32,000 bases of DNA from Ruminococcus albus 7 = DSM 20455 (GTDB taxonomy: Bacteria; Bacillota; Clostridia; Oscillospirales; Ruminococcaceae): the NCBI RefSeq assembly GCF_000179635.2, contig NC_014833.1, forward strand, positions 570,001 through 602,000, given 5' to 3'. Positions 1 to 8,005 of the stretch are shown here, one piece after another. Each line of letters begins with the position of its first letter. Position 1 is the stretch's first letter. A program made the position numbers and the translations under genes. Under the pieces are notes generated by a model, which saw only the letters and a list, made by a program, of their open reading frames with translations, had not been told where the DNA came from and made no database searches.

Positions 1-1
1 T

Positions 2-1600
2 GCAATATATGAAGTAAACTCAGCATATACGGGATATACCTTTGATACAAGAGGGTATCTGGTAAGATTTACCGTTACCGATGATGACGGCAAGCTGAAG
101 GCTGCTGCAGCTCCTCTGCAGGTGCTGTATCCCGAAACAAGGGAGTATGAGCCGGCTGAAAAGGCAGAGTTTGTTAACACCTACACATCTAAACCTACTG
201 ATACAGTGGCATTCCCTGATGTAGTAAAGATGTTCAGCGGTAAGGAAAGACCTGATGATAAGGTATTCAGCTTTACGATCTCTGCAAAGGACGGCAAGGA
301 CATACCTATGCCCGAGAACGATACCGTTACCATTGAGGGCACAGGCAAGGCTTCATTCGGCGGGGTCAAATACGATGCAGCAGGAGTATATGTATATGAG
401 ATAAAGGAAAATGATCTCGATGACAGCTACTCAGGCTACACCAAGGACAAAACAGTATATACATTCACAGTTACCGTTACCGATAACGACAGCATCCTTT
501 CGGCTGAAACCAAGCTTACAAAGGACGGTGCTGAGACAGCATCTGCAGAGTTCGTTAACGACTACAGTCCTATAGTTGCAGCTGTAGTTCCTCCTGTTGC
601 TGTCAAGGAGATCAAGGGCAACGATCCCGATGCTGACGAGCGCATCTTTACCTTTGAACTGGCAGCAGCTGAGGGAGAGTCAGTACCTATGCCTGAAAAG
701 ACAACTGCGACAGTAAAGGGCAGCGGTGAGGCTGATGCTTTCGGAACCATCGTCTATAATGAGCCCGGTACATACCGTTATGTTGTTTATGAAAAGGATC
801 TTGATGACAGCTATGCAGGCTATACCAAGGATGATGCTGTATACACCATGATCGTTAACGTCAGGGATGCAGGCGGAAGATATAAGGCTGTGTATACTCT
901 GGAAAAGAACGGCGAAAAGGTTGATGAACTCAGGTTCGTCAATACTTATCAGCCAGCTCCCGCAGAGGTTGATCTTGAGATCGAAAAGCAGATCGAGGGC
1001 ACAACTCCCGATGAGGACGAGACCTTTACCTTTGAGCTGACAGCTAAGGGCGGCGCTCCGCTGCCTGAAAATACAACTGCCAATGTTGCAGGCACAGGCA
1101 AGGTTTCTTTTGACAGCTGGTCATATACCGAGGCAGGCATTTATGTATATGAGGTACGTGAGATCGAAGGCAGAAATCCAAAGTACACCTACGATGAAGC
1201 TGTATATATAGTAACAGATACTGTATCCGATGAAGGCGGTGTGCTGACTGTGAGCAGGACTATCACCGACTTTGACGGTATACCTTCCGACAATGTGGTA
1301 TTCATAAATCGCTATGATGATGACTGGGATATCACAAGGGAAGAGGACAGCAGTGCGACACCAGCAGGCGGAGAAGAGTCCTCCGAAAGTTCAGAGGATT
1401 CAAGTGAAAATTCCTCCGAGGAAGAGTCTTCAAGCAGACCCGAGGACAGCAGCAAGGACAGCTCCTCAAAGTCAGACAGTTCTTCTTCCACTCCAAATAC
1501 ATCAAACCCCAATACAGGTGCAAAGAGCCTTGTGGGCGTTGAGATAGTGATGCTTGGAGCACTGGTATGCGTTATGAAGAAACGCAGGAACAGCAAGTAA
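2..1600 (+). CDS. Sortase-anchored surface protein, 5'-truncated by the window edge. It has tandem Spy0128/FctA-type pilin isopeptide-linkage domains, a Ser/Glu-rich stalk and a C-terminal sorting signal.
   Basis: The frame is open from nt 2 (AIYEVNSAYTGYTFDTRGYLVRFTVTDDDGKL...), so the listed start at 122 is internal. At least three ~135-aa repeats share FTFEL..(K/E)G...P(M/L)PE.T...V.G.G...F....Y...G.Y.Y.V.E......YT.D..VY...V.V.D, joined by FVN(T/D)Y linkers. The C-terminus has a SSESSEDSSENSSEEESS stalk, an NPNTG motif, the hydrophobic helix LVGVEIVMLGALVCV and a KKRRNSK tail. Confidence 0.8.
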   Translation, partial: AIYEVNSAYTGYTFDTRGYLVRFTVTDDDGKLKAAAAPLQVLYPETREYEPAEKAEFVNTYTSKPTDTVAFPDVVKMFSGKERPDDKVFSFTISAKDGKDIPMPENDTVTIEGTGKASFGGVKYDAAGVYVYEIKENDLDDSYSGYTKDKTVYTFTVTVTDNDSILSAETKLTKDGAETASAEFVNDYSPIVAAVVPPVAVKEIKGNDPDADERIFTFELAAAEGESVPMPEKTTATVKGSGEADAFGTIVYNEPGTYRYVVYEKDLDDSYAGYTKDDAVYTMIVNVRDAGGRYKAVYTLEKNGEKVDELRFVNTYQPAPAEVDLEIEKQIEGTTPDEDETFTFELTAKGGAPLPENTTANVAGTGKVSFDSWSYTEAGIYVYEVREIEGRNPKYTYDEAVYIVTDTVSDEGGVLTVSRTITDFDGIPSDNVVFINRYDDDWDITREEDSSATPAGGEESSESSEDSSENSSEEESSSRPEDSSKDSSSKSDSSSSTPNTSNPNTGAKSLVGVEIVMLGALVCVMKKRRNSK

Positions 1601-1620
1601 AAACAGCTGAGAAAAAAATA

Positions 1621-1656
1621 AGACACTTCTGCTTCAAAAGCAGGAGTGTCTTTTTG
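1621..1656 (+). terminator. Rho-independent terminator of the surface protein gene
   Basis: A 13-bp stem (agacacttctgct / agcaggagtgtct, one G-U pair) with a 5-nt loop is followed by TTTTT. It lies 20 nt after the stop codon. Confidence 0.75.
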
Positions 1657-1694
1657 TATGTCGGGTATAAGTTATAACAAGTACCATATGAACA

Positions 1695-1728
1695 TAAAAA
1701 AACACCGTTCAGATGAATCCGAACGGTG
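1695..1728 (-). terminator. Terminator downstream of tRNA-fMet
   Basis: An 8-bp stem (caccgttc / gaacggtg, 1703-1710 with 1721-1728) is followed on the minus strand by a 7-nt T run (A run 1696-1702 on the plus strand). Confidence 0.6.
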
Positions 1729-1733
1729 ATGGA

Positions 1734-1807
<74 letters not shown>

Positions 1808-1840
1808 ATATTTTTTTGTTCTCTCGTTGAGTACTTGTCT

Positions 1841-1869
1841 ATTATATCATAAATGAAAGTGATTGTCAA
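1841..1869 (-). promoter_or_regulatory. Consensus sigma-A promoter for tRNA-fMet
   Basis: On the minus strand: TTGACA (1869-1864), a 17-nt spacer, then TATAAT (1846-1841). It lies ~35 nt upstream of the mature tRNA 5' end. Confidence 0.6.
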
Positions 1870-2153
1870 TAGGGTTTCAAAAGAAAAATCAAAGTTTACT
1901 TTATGTTAACATTTATATGAAATGACTTTCTGTTGTTCTCTGCTTTGACGATCTTCCGTATGCCCTGATATGTAATAAATGCAACGATATTATACAATAT
2001 TAACATTTAAACCAGCGGAGCAGTCAGAACGGATGAGAAAGAAATTGTTTCGTTAAATAAACAAAATATATGGATGATCGGCTTATAAAGTCTGTTGCCA
2101 ATTGTGCATATATACAAAAATAAAGGTTAAAATTGTGAAATTAAGCCATTTAC

Positions 2154-2182
2154 TTGACAAATCACCACCGGAATAGTATAAT
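2154..2182 (+). promoter_or_regulatory. Orphan consensus sigma-A promoter (TTGACA-17-TATAAT)
   Basis: TTGACA is at 2154-2159, the spacer is exactly 17 nt, and TATAAT is at 2177-2182. No credible ORF follows. The next structure downstream is the hairpin at 2389-2412. Confidence 0.5.
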
Positions 2183-2388
2183 ATGTTTATAGAAAGAAAC
2201 AAAAGCGTTGTTGATCATCGTGAAGGCATTTGAATGCTTGTAAATATTATCATGTGGTAATCTGAATCGAGATCGTAAGAGATATGATAATATATATAAC
2301 GACGATATCTGATCAGCTGTTCCTCTCGTCAGCTGTTAATGATATGCTTATAGGGTAAAATGTTTTATAGATATTATGAAAGGGCTGA

Positions 2389-2412
2389 GCCTGCATACAA
2401 ACGTATGCAGGC
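2389..2412 (+). terminator. Perfect 10-bp hairpin (gcctgcatac-aaac-gtatgcaggc); weak terminator or insulator upstream of sigK
   Basis: The stem-loop was read directly. Only TTT follows it, so termination efficiency is uncertain. Confidence 0.4.
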
Positions 2413-2490
2413 TTTCGTCGTGTAATAATATGTGCTGTATCGTGAATATAATACAAAGTATAATATCCACCTGAACGGAGGTAGCTTTTT

Positions 2491-2874
2491 ATGCTGGTAC
2501 AGCTGTTGGAACTATTTGATATCATTACCCGGGGAGGGCTGTTTTTCGGTCTTCACCTTGACGGCAGGACAGTGTTTCCCCGTCCGCTCACAGCAGCCGA
2601 GGAAAGAGATTGCTTTGAGAAAATGTCCGAAGGCGATGCAGGGGCAAGGGACACTCTCATTCGTCACAATCTTCGCCTTGTGGCACATATAATAAAAAAG
2701 TACTACGCAAATTCTTCCGACCAGGACGATCTTATATCCATTGGTACTATAGGTCTTATCAAGGCGGTGCAGACCTTCGACTATACCAAAGGCACCCGTT
2801 TTGCCACCTACGGCAGCAGATGTGTTGAAAATGCTACACAATCACAACGGACATTTTCTTGTCAGATGATGTAA
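2491..2874 (+). pseudogene. sigK: 5' segment of pro-sigma-K (sporulation sigma factor). Homology ends after ...RCVEN at nt 2832/2833 and is followed by 14 unrelated codons and a stop.
   Basis: A GGAGG RBS lies 9 nt upstream of the ATG. A hydrophobic pro-peptide is followed by FPRPLTAAEE, GDAGARDTLIRHNLRLVAHIIKKY, DDLISIGTIGLIKAV and GTRFATYGSRCVEN. HNLRLVAHI.KK and FP.PL match SigK (B. subtilis EHNLRLVAHIVKKF, AFPQPLS) rather than SigE (ERNLRLVVYIARKF). The expected continuation EILMHLR and regions 3-4 are absent. Confidence 0.8.
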
Positions 2875-2930
2875 AAGATGTGCCCTTAATAGGCGAGTGG
2901 CGATTTTTACGCAGAGTAGAGAGCCGAATG

Positions 2931-3410
2931 TATACGCTGTACTCTACCCACACAAGCGGCAAAATAGTCACCCTTTATATTCACAGTTTTAAGCCGAAAA
3001 GAATACCCGATTTTGCGCTTAATGATAATTCCACAGTTTCAGACAGGTTGAAATTTTACAGGATAAGCTGTGGGCTCATGCAAAAAGAGATAGCCGCTCA
3101 AATTGGTGTAGACCGCACCACCTATGCCCGCTGGGAGAACAATGTGCTGTCGGCGTATCCGTTGGACAAGCTCACACTACTTGCAGAGATATTCGGGTGC
3201 AAAGTCACAGACTTGCTCGATGAGTACAATAAGTTCCTGATAAATGGGCAGGGAAGTTATATCAGAAACCTGCAAAAAAAGAAGTCTCTCACACGATGCA
3301 GGCTTGCAGAGCTGATGTCCGTTTCTGTCGGCCGTGTCAAGGATTGGGAGAGTGAGAGAAAGCGGGTCAGCATGAAGTGCTATGTGCGGTTGATGGAGAT
3401 AAACAAATAA
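2931..3410 (+). CDS. XRE-family transcriptional regulator with two helix-turn-helix modules (start uncertain: 2859 or 2931)
   Basis: The first HTH is LMQKEIAAQIGVDRTTYARWENN and the second is LTRCRLAELMSVSVGRVKDWESERKRVS. No convincing RBS precedes either candidate ATG. The longest ORF begins inside the sigK stub. Confidence 0.65.
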   Translation, partial: YTLYSTHTSGKIVTLYIHSFKPKRIPDFALNDNSTVSDRLKFYRISCGLMQKEIAAQIGVDRTTYARWENNVLSAYPLDKLTLLAEIFGCKVTDLLDEYNKFLINGQGSYIRNLQKKKSLTRCRLAELMSVSVGRVKDWESERKRVSMKCYVRLMEINK

Positions 3411-3544
3411 GACAGTGTATTTGCTGATATACCGAAACGGGCAGTACAATAAGACGGATACCCATATAGAAGTTTTGCCCCCAAGCGTTTAAGCGCTCAG
3501 GGCATTCTATTTTATACGGTTGCTAAGATAAACCAAATCAGAGT

Positions 3545-3943
3545 TTATAGACTTTTTAGCCCTTTTATAAATTTTGGAAAAACTGTCTGGTCAGTCATAA
3601 ATTCAAATTTAAGAATGTGGCTGCCTACATCACCCTGTATATCACCTGAAACCTTTATGTGTCCTGCCCGGTCGCAATTGAACACGATCTTATTACCATA
3701 ACCAATTTCAATAAATGTTACTTCTTTCCTCTTAAATGAAATCATTTCTTCAAGAGCTGTTATGAAATTCTGTAATTCCATATAATCATACTCACAGCCA
3801 TCTGCTATGCCAGAGAACACACCTGATCTCACTTTAATGTCAAATGCACAATTGTAAGGATTGCCATTTTTCTCCTCATCAACAGAATGGTGAAAATCTG
3901 CTATTTCAATATAATTTCCACAGTATTCAAGTCTGGCTTCCAT
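3545..3943 (-). CDS. Hypothetical cytoplasmic protein, 132 aa, no motif recognised
   Basis: This is an intact ORF with a GAGGT RBS ~10 nt upstream of the ATG. It is convergent with the XRE gene and has no signal peptide or TM segment. Confidence 0.55.
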   Translation of the reverse strand: MEARLEYCGNYIEIADFHHSVDEEKNGNPYNCAFDIKVRSGVFSGIADGCEYDYMELQNFITALEEMISFKRKEVTFIEIGYGNKIVFNCDRAGHIKVSGDIQGDVGSHILKFEFMTDQTVFPKFIKGLKSL

Positions 3944-4410
3944 AGATCTTATTACCTCAAAATTCCGATTTTGTTAGTAACAATTATAGCATAAAATCTC
4001 TGCACGGTCAATAGAAACGCCATAGTACTTCTGACTGTAAATCAGAAATACTATGGCTTAAAACTTCTATATGAGTATCTTTCTTAGGTACTGCCTGTAT
4101 TTTTGTCTTTATATTATCCGTTTGTTGTCTGATTTACGAAATCTGCTGATCTGTCCCGGAAATATTTTTCTGTTCAACATCTATCCGGCAGATTCCTTAT
4201 TATTCTCACAGCGCTATCCTGATAGTCAGTCTGCTTTTGGTGTAGCCCAAAATCGGCTAGTCTCTTGTTGTTTATTGCTCATTGACTGAGATCGCGTACA
4301 AGGACATAATAAGATATGTAGATAAAGTTCTGAAGTTTAAAGGCGATGAATGATTTATGAAACCTGGTTTGAATGGCAATTCCAGTCGGGTCTCAATTTT
4401 ATTAAAATCA

Positions 4411-4439
4411 TTGCAATTTGAAAAGTAATGTGATATAAT
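4411..4439 (+). promoter_or_regulatory. Candidate promoter of the GH9 cellulase gene
   Basis: TTGCAA (4411-4416), a 17-nt spacer, and an extended -10 TGaTATAAT (4431-4439). It lies ~150 nt upstream of the start codon. Confidence 0.5.
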
Positions 4440-4592
4440 ATCTATCGGACATAACAGCATAATGACGGTGAAATGTCCAACCTATTTATAATTTGTTATA
4501 ATTTGGCTATGGCTGTTTATGGTATATATGTCGTTTACTGTAACAGCCGCATCAGATTTACGTTCTTTTATTTTAAGGAGGTTCAAGAGATA

Positions 4593-7580
4593 ATGCAAAT
4601 GACAATGAAACGGATCGCCGCAGGGCTTGTGGCGATTACCGGCGCTTTATCGGCAACAGCCGCATCTGCACCTATGAGTGTGTTTGCAGAAGATGAACAG
4701 ATACTTATCCAGTCTGACTTCGATGAAGGCATAGGTCTTCCCTGGTACACCACCGAGAATGCCCCGGCACGGCAGGACTTCGATATTTCAGACGGCACTT
4801 ACACTGTAACGATACTGAACAACGATGGTCCCGAGTCAAGATGGGATCTTCAGTTAGGTTACAGAAATTTTGTGATAAAAAAGGGTCATACTTACAAGGT
4901 GCACTGGAAGGTCAATTCTTCCAATGAGGGTGAGATGTATACCCAGATCGGCAATTACAGCGGTACGGTCGAAGCATGGCACAACAACTGCGGCAATGAT
5001 GATTTCAATCAGACGTGGGACTGCGTACAGATCGCTAAAGGCGACAACGTCTTCGATGCTGAATTTACAGCTAAAGAAGATATTGGGCGTGCTGAATGGG
5101 TATTTCAATACGGCGGAAATGGTATGTTTCAGGATGTTGACTGCTTCCCAAACGGTACGGTCCTCAAATTCGATGATCTGTCTCTGATCGACACTACTCC
5201 CGGGGGCTGTATAACCGAAATCAAAAATAACGAGTGGGGCGTTGTAAGACCCGAAAGCAACGTTCGCCTGAATCAGATCGGTTACTATCCTCAGCTGGAA
5301 AAGAGGGCTTCTTACGTTACCGATGCTTCTTCACCTCTGCAGTTTGAGATCAGAGATAAGAACGGCAACGTTAAGTACACGGGCACAACAAAGGTATTCG
5401 GCAGCGATCCTGATTCAGGTACAGGTAAGACTACTACTGTTAAGATAGGTAGTCAGATCGTTACCAGACTCAAGGACAGCGGTTCTAATGTACATATCAT
5501 TGATTTCTCTGATTTCAGAACTGAGGGCGAGTACACGATATTCGTTAAGGATACAGTTGGCGTAAGCGGCACTCAGGTTCTGCTTAACAATGGTGCAAAC
5601 GATACAAGGCTCAGCGGTGATAAGCTTTTATGGACAAATCCCGTAACTATGAAAACTTATACGATGAACGAGAGCAGTACATTCAGGATAGACAGACAGA
5701 TCTATGATGATCAGCTGCTGAGGGATTCCATGAACTACTTCTATCAGAACCGTTCAGGTGTCCCGATAGAGTCTGAGTACATCACATCAGGTGATAAGTC
5801 TGCACTGGCACACAGCAGATATGGTCATAACCCCGATATGGCTTATGTACAAAGCAAATGGTTTAAATCTTATGACAGCGACTTCCGTGATGGCGAGAAG
5901 AATGAACAGATCGACGTTACAGGCGGATGGTACGCCGCAAACGACCACGGCAAGTACGTTGTCGAAGGCGGTTTCTCAGTATGGACACTTCAGAACGCTT
6001 ATGAGTTCTCCAAGAAGAGCGGCAATTCACACAAATGGACTAACGGCACGATAGCTGTGCCCGAAAATAAGGATAATGCTCCCGATATACTGGATGAAGC
6101 AAGGGTAGAGCTGGAGTGGATGTTCAAAATGATAAATGAGGACGGCTTCGTATATCATTCGGTGCAGGATCATAAATGGGCAGGTTTTCCGATCACACCC
6201 TGGATGGATGACACACAGCAGGGCTTTGAACCTGTCCGTATCGTCAGACCTCCTACGTATGCAGCCACATTTAACATGATCGCTTGTGCTGCACAGGCTT
6301 CACGTCTGTGGAAGGGCATAGATGACGACTTCTCAAAAGAGTGTCTGCAAAATGCACAGAACAGCTGGAAGGCTATCATGGCTAAGCAATCCAAATGGGA
6401 CGTTAAAAGGGGCTATCACTATTCTGATCCCTACTTTGCTCCTTCTGAATTCGGCGTAAACAACATTTTCGGTGACAACTATGTAGTTGACGATGCTTAC
6501 TGGGCAGCTTGTGAGCTTTATGCAACAACAGGTGACTCGGCTTACTATGATTTCTTAAAGGATAATGATCAGTCAGGTCAGGATAAGGCATTCAGCTTGA
6601 CTTCCTGCCTGAGCGGCGGCGAGAACGATCGATCGTTCGGTTCCTTCAATTGGGGCAATACTGCAGGTCTGGGCACCCTTTCACTCTACCTGAGCGACAA
6701 GACATCTTCTGCTGACAGGAAGACTATTGCCAATTCTATCCAAAATATTGCTGATCAATACCTTATTCAGATGAGTAATGAAGGCATGGGCATACCTTAC
6801 AAGAGTATGACTACCGAGGACTATATCGGTAGCGATAAACCAGCATTCACAGGTTATGAATACGGCTCCAACTCATTCGTTATCAACAATGCTATGGTCC
6901 TTGCCTATGCTTATGATACTGATAACAGCAAATATATTTATCGGAACGGTGCTGCTGAAGCACTTGATTACCTCTTCGGACGCAACGGTCTGGGCTTCTC
7001 TTATGTATCAGGCTACGGCGATAAGGCAATGAAATCGCCACACCACAGATACTGGGCAAACAGTATCGACCCGGACTTCCCGAAGGCACCCTCAGGTGTT
7101 CTTGCAGGCGGTCCCTGCTCAGATATGTATCATGATAATTACCTTCGTGGTCTCGGCTATAAAAGAGGCACTTTAGCTGATCAGAAGTACTATGTTGACA
7201 GTGCTGAGGCGTGGACTGTAAATGAGGTTTCCGTCAGCTTGAACGCTTCTCTGGTCTGGATGTCATCATTCATGAACGATCAGTTCGGCGGTCCGAAACC
7301 AGTCCCCTATCCTACCAACATTAAGGTCGATTACAGTGAGGAGTACCATCAGGTAAGATTTACCTGGGACAAGGTGGAAAACGCTGACAGATACGGCATA
7401 GCAGTTTATCTGGCAGGCAAGTGGAGAGTTCAGAAACAGGATATCACAGGCACTACCTACACTTCTCCCAAAAATCTGACTCCCGGCGTAACTTATAAGG
7501 TAGCGATTGCCGCAAGAGTGAACGGCAGATGGGATACTGAAAATGCTATCAAACGTGCTTGTACTGTTACTATAAAGTGA
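4593..7580 (+). CDS. Secreted family-9 glycoside hydrolase (endoglucanase/cellulase): signal peptide, CBM4_9-like module, Ig-like CelD_N module, GH9 catalytic domain, C-terminal Fn3-like module
   Basis: An AAGGAGG RBS lies ~10 nt upstream of ATG 4593. The signal peptide is MQMTMKRIAAGLVAITGALSATAASAPMSVFA. GH9 motifs are DVTGGWYAANDHGKYVVEGG, PHHRYWA and YYVDSAEAWTVNEVSVSLNASLVW. No dockerin is present. The upstream part of the 4473 ORF looks non-coding. Confidence 0.9.
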   Translation: MQMTMKRIAAGLVAITGALSATAASAPMSVFAEDEQILIQSDFDEGIGLPWYTTENAPARQDFDISDGTYTVTILNNDGPESRWDLQLGYRNFVIKKGHTYKVHWKVNSSNEGEMYTQIGNYSGTVEAWHNNCGNDDFNQTWDCVQIAKGDNVFDAEFTAKEDIGRAEWVFQYGGNGMFQDVDCFPNGTVLKFDDLSLIDTTPGGCITEIKNNEWGVVRPESNVRLNQIGYYPQLEKRASYVTDASSPLQFEIRDKNGNVKYTGTTKVFGSDPDSGTGKTTTVKIGSQIVTRLKDSGSNVHIIDFSDFRTEGEYTIFVKDTVGVSGTQVLLNNGANDTRLSGDKLLWTNPVTMKTYTMNESSTFRIDRQIYDDQLLRDSMNYFYQNRSGVPIESEYITSGDKSALAHSRYGHNPDMAYVQSKWFKSYDSDFRDGEKNEQIDVTGGWYAANDHGKYVVEGGFSVWTLQNAYEFSKKSGNSHKWTNGTIAVPENKDNAPDILDEARVELEWMFKMINEDGFVYHSVQDHKWAGFPITPWMDDTQQGFEPVRIVRPPTYAATFNMIACAAQASRLWKGIDDDFSKECLQNAQNSWKAIMAKQSKWDVKRGYHYSDPYFAPSEFGVNNIFGDNYVVDDAYWAACELYATTGDSAYYDFLKDNDQSGQDKAFSLTSCLSGGENDRSFGSFNWGNTAGLGTLSLYLSDKTSSADRKTIANSIQNIADQYLIQMSNEGMGIPYKSMTTEDYIGSDKPAFTGYEYGSNSFVINNAMVLAYAYDTDNSKYIYRNGAAEALDYLFGRNGLGFSYVSGYGDKAMKSPHHRYWANSIDPDFPKAPSGVLAGGPCSDMYHDNYLRGLGYKRGTLADQKYYVDSAEAWTVNEVSVSLNASLVWMSSFMNDQFGGPKPVPYPTNIKVDYSEEYHQVRFTWDKVENADRYGIAVYLAGKWRVQKQDITGTTYTSPKNLTPGVTYKVAIAARVNGRWDTENAIKRACTVTIK

Positions 7581-7610
7581 TAGACTAAATTGATATGATT
7601 TATTAAAAAA

Positions 7611-7648
7611 ACGGATAATCGTCCTAAGCAGACGACTATCCGTTTTTA
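7611..7648 (+). terminator. Rho-independent terminator of the GH9 gene
   Basis: A 13-bp stem (acggataatcgtc / gacgactatccgt, one mismatch) with a 7-nt loop, followed by TTTTT. Confidence 0.7.
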
Positions 7649-7747
7649 TTGATGCTTTAACGAAAATAAAACGGGTCTTTTATACTATCAGATAAAGCAT
7701 AATCTCTTCATGAGCGATGCTTTATTGATAAGAAACTTGCCGTTTTT

Positions 7748-8005
7748 TTATTGTTTAACAAATAAAGAAAATGTATCTTCGTTCAATACGCTCCAGCTGT
7801 ACCTGTCTCCTGTTTCTTTTTTTCCTTTAAACATTATGATCAACTTGGTTGAATTGTATTCTCCTTCCAGATGGCAATATATATGTTTATACTTATCAAT
7901 TAAAATATTACCATGTACAATTAATTCCTGATTTTCATCTGATTGATAACCTGCTTCCGATGCTTTGCGAAAAGTTTCATCTGCCAAATAATGACTGAAT
8001 AACAT
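7748..8005 (-). CDS. Hypothetical small protein, 85 aa
   Basis: An AGGTGG RBS lies just upstream of the ATG on the minus strand. The gene sits in an AT-rich islet and shows no recognisable motif. Confidence 0.5.
   Translation of the reverse strand: MLFSHYLADETFRKASEAGYQSDENQELIVHGNILIDKYKHIYCHLEGEYNSTKLIIMFKGKKETGDRYSWSVLNEDTFSLFVKQ

Noticed and set aside
3480-3520. Terminator for the XRE gene (gcccccaagcgtttaagcgctcagggc)
   Set aside because: Only short interrupted stems (3 + 4 bp) can form, and the T tract is poor. This is not convincing.
4473-4592. Extended N-terminus of the GH9 ORF (start at 4473)
   Set aside because: The translation (MSNLFIICYNLAMAVYGIYVVYCNSRIRFTFFYFKEVQEI) looks like an AT-rich leader. 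A strong AAGGAGG RBS and a typical signal peptide begin at 4593.
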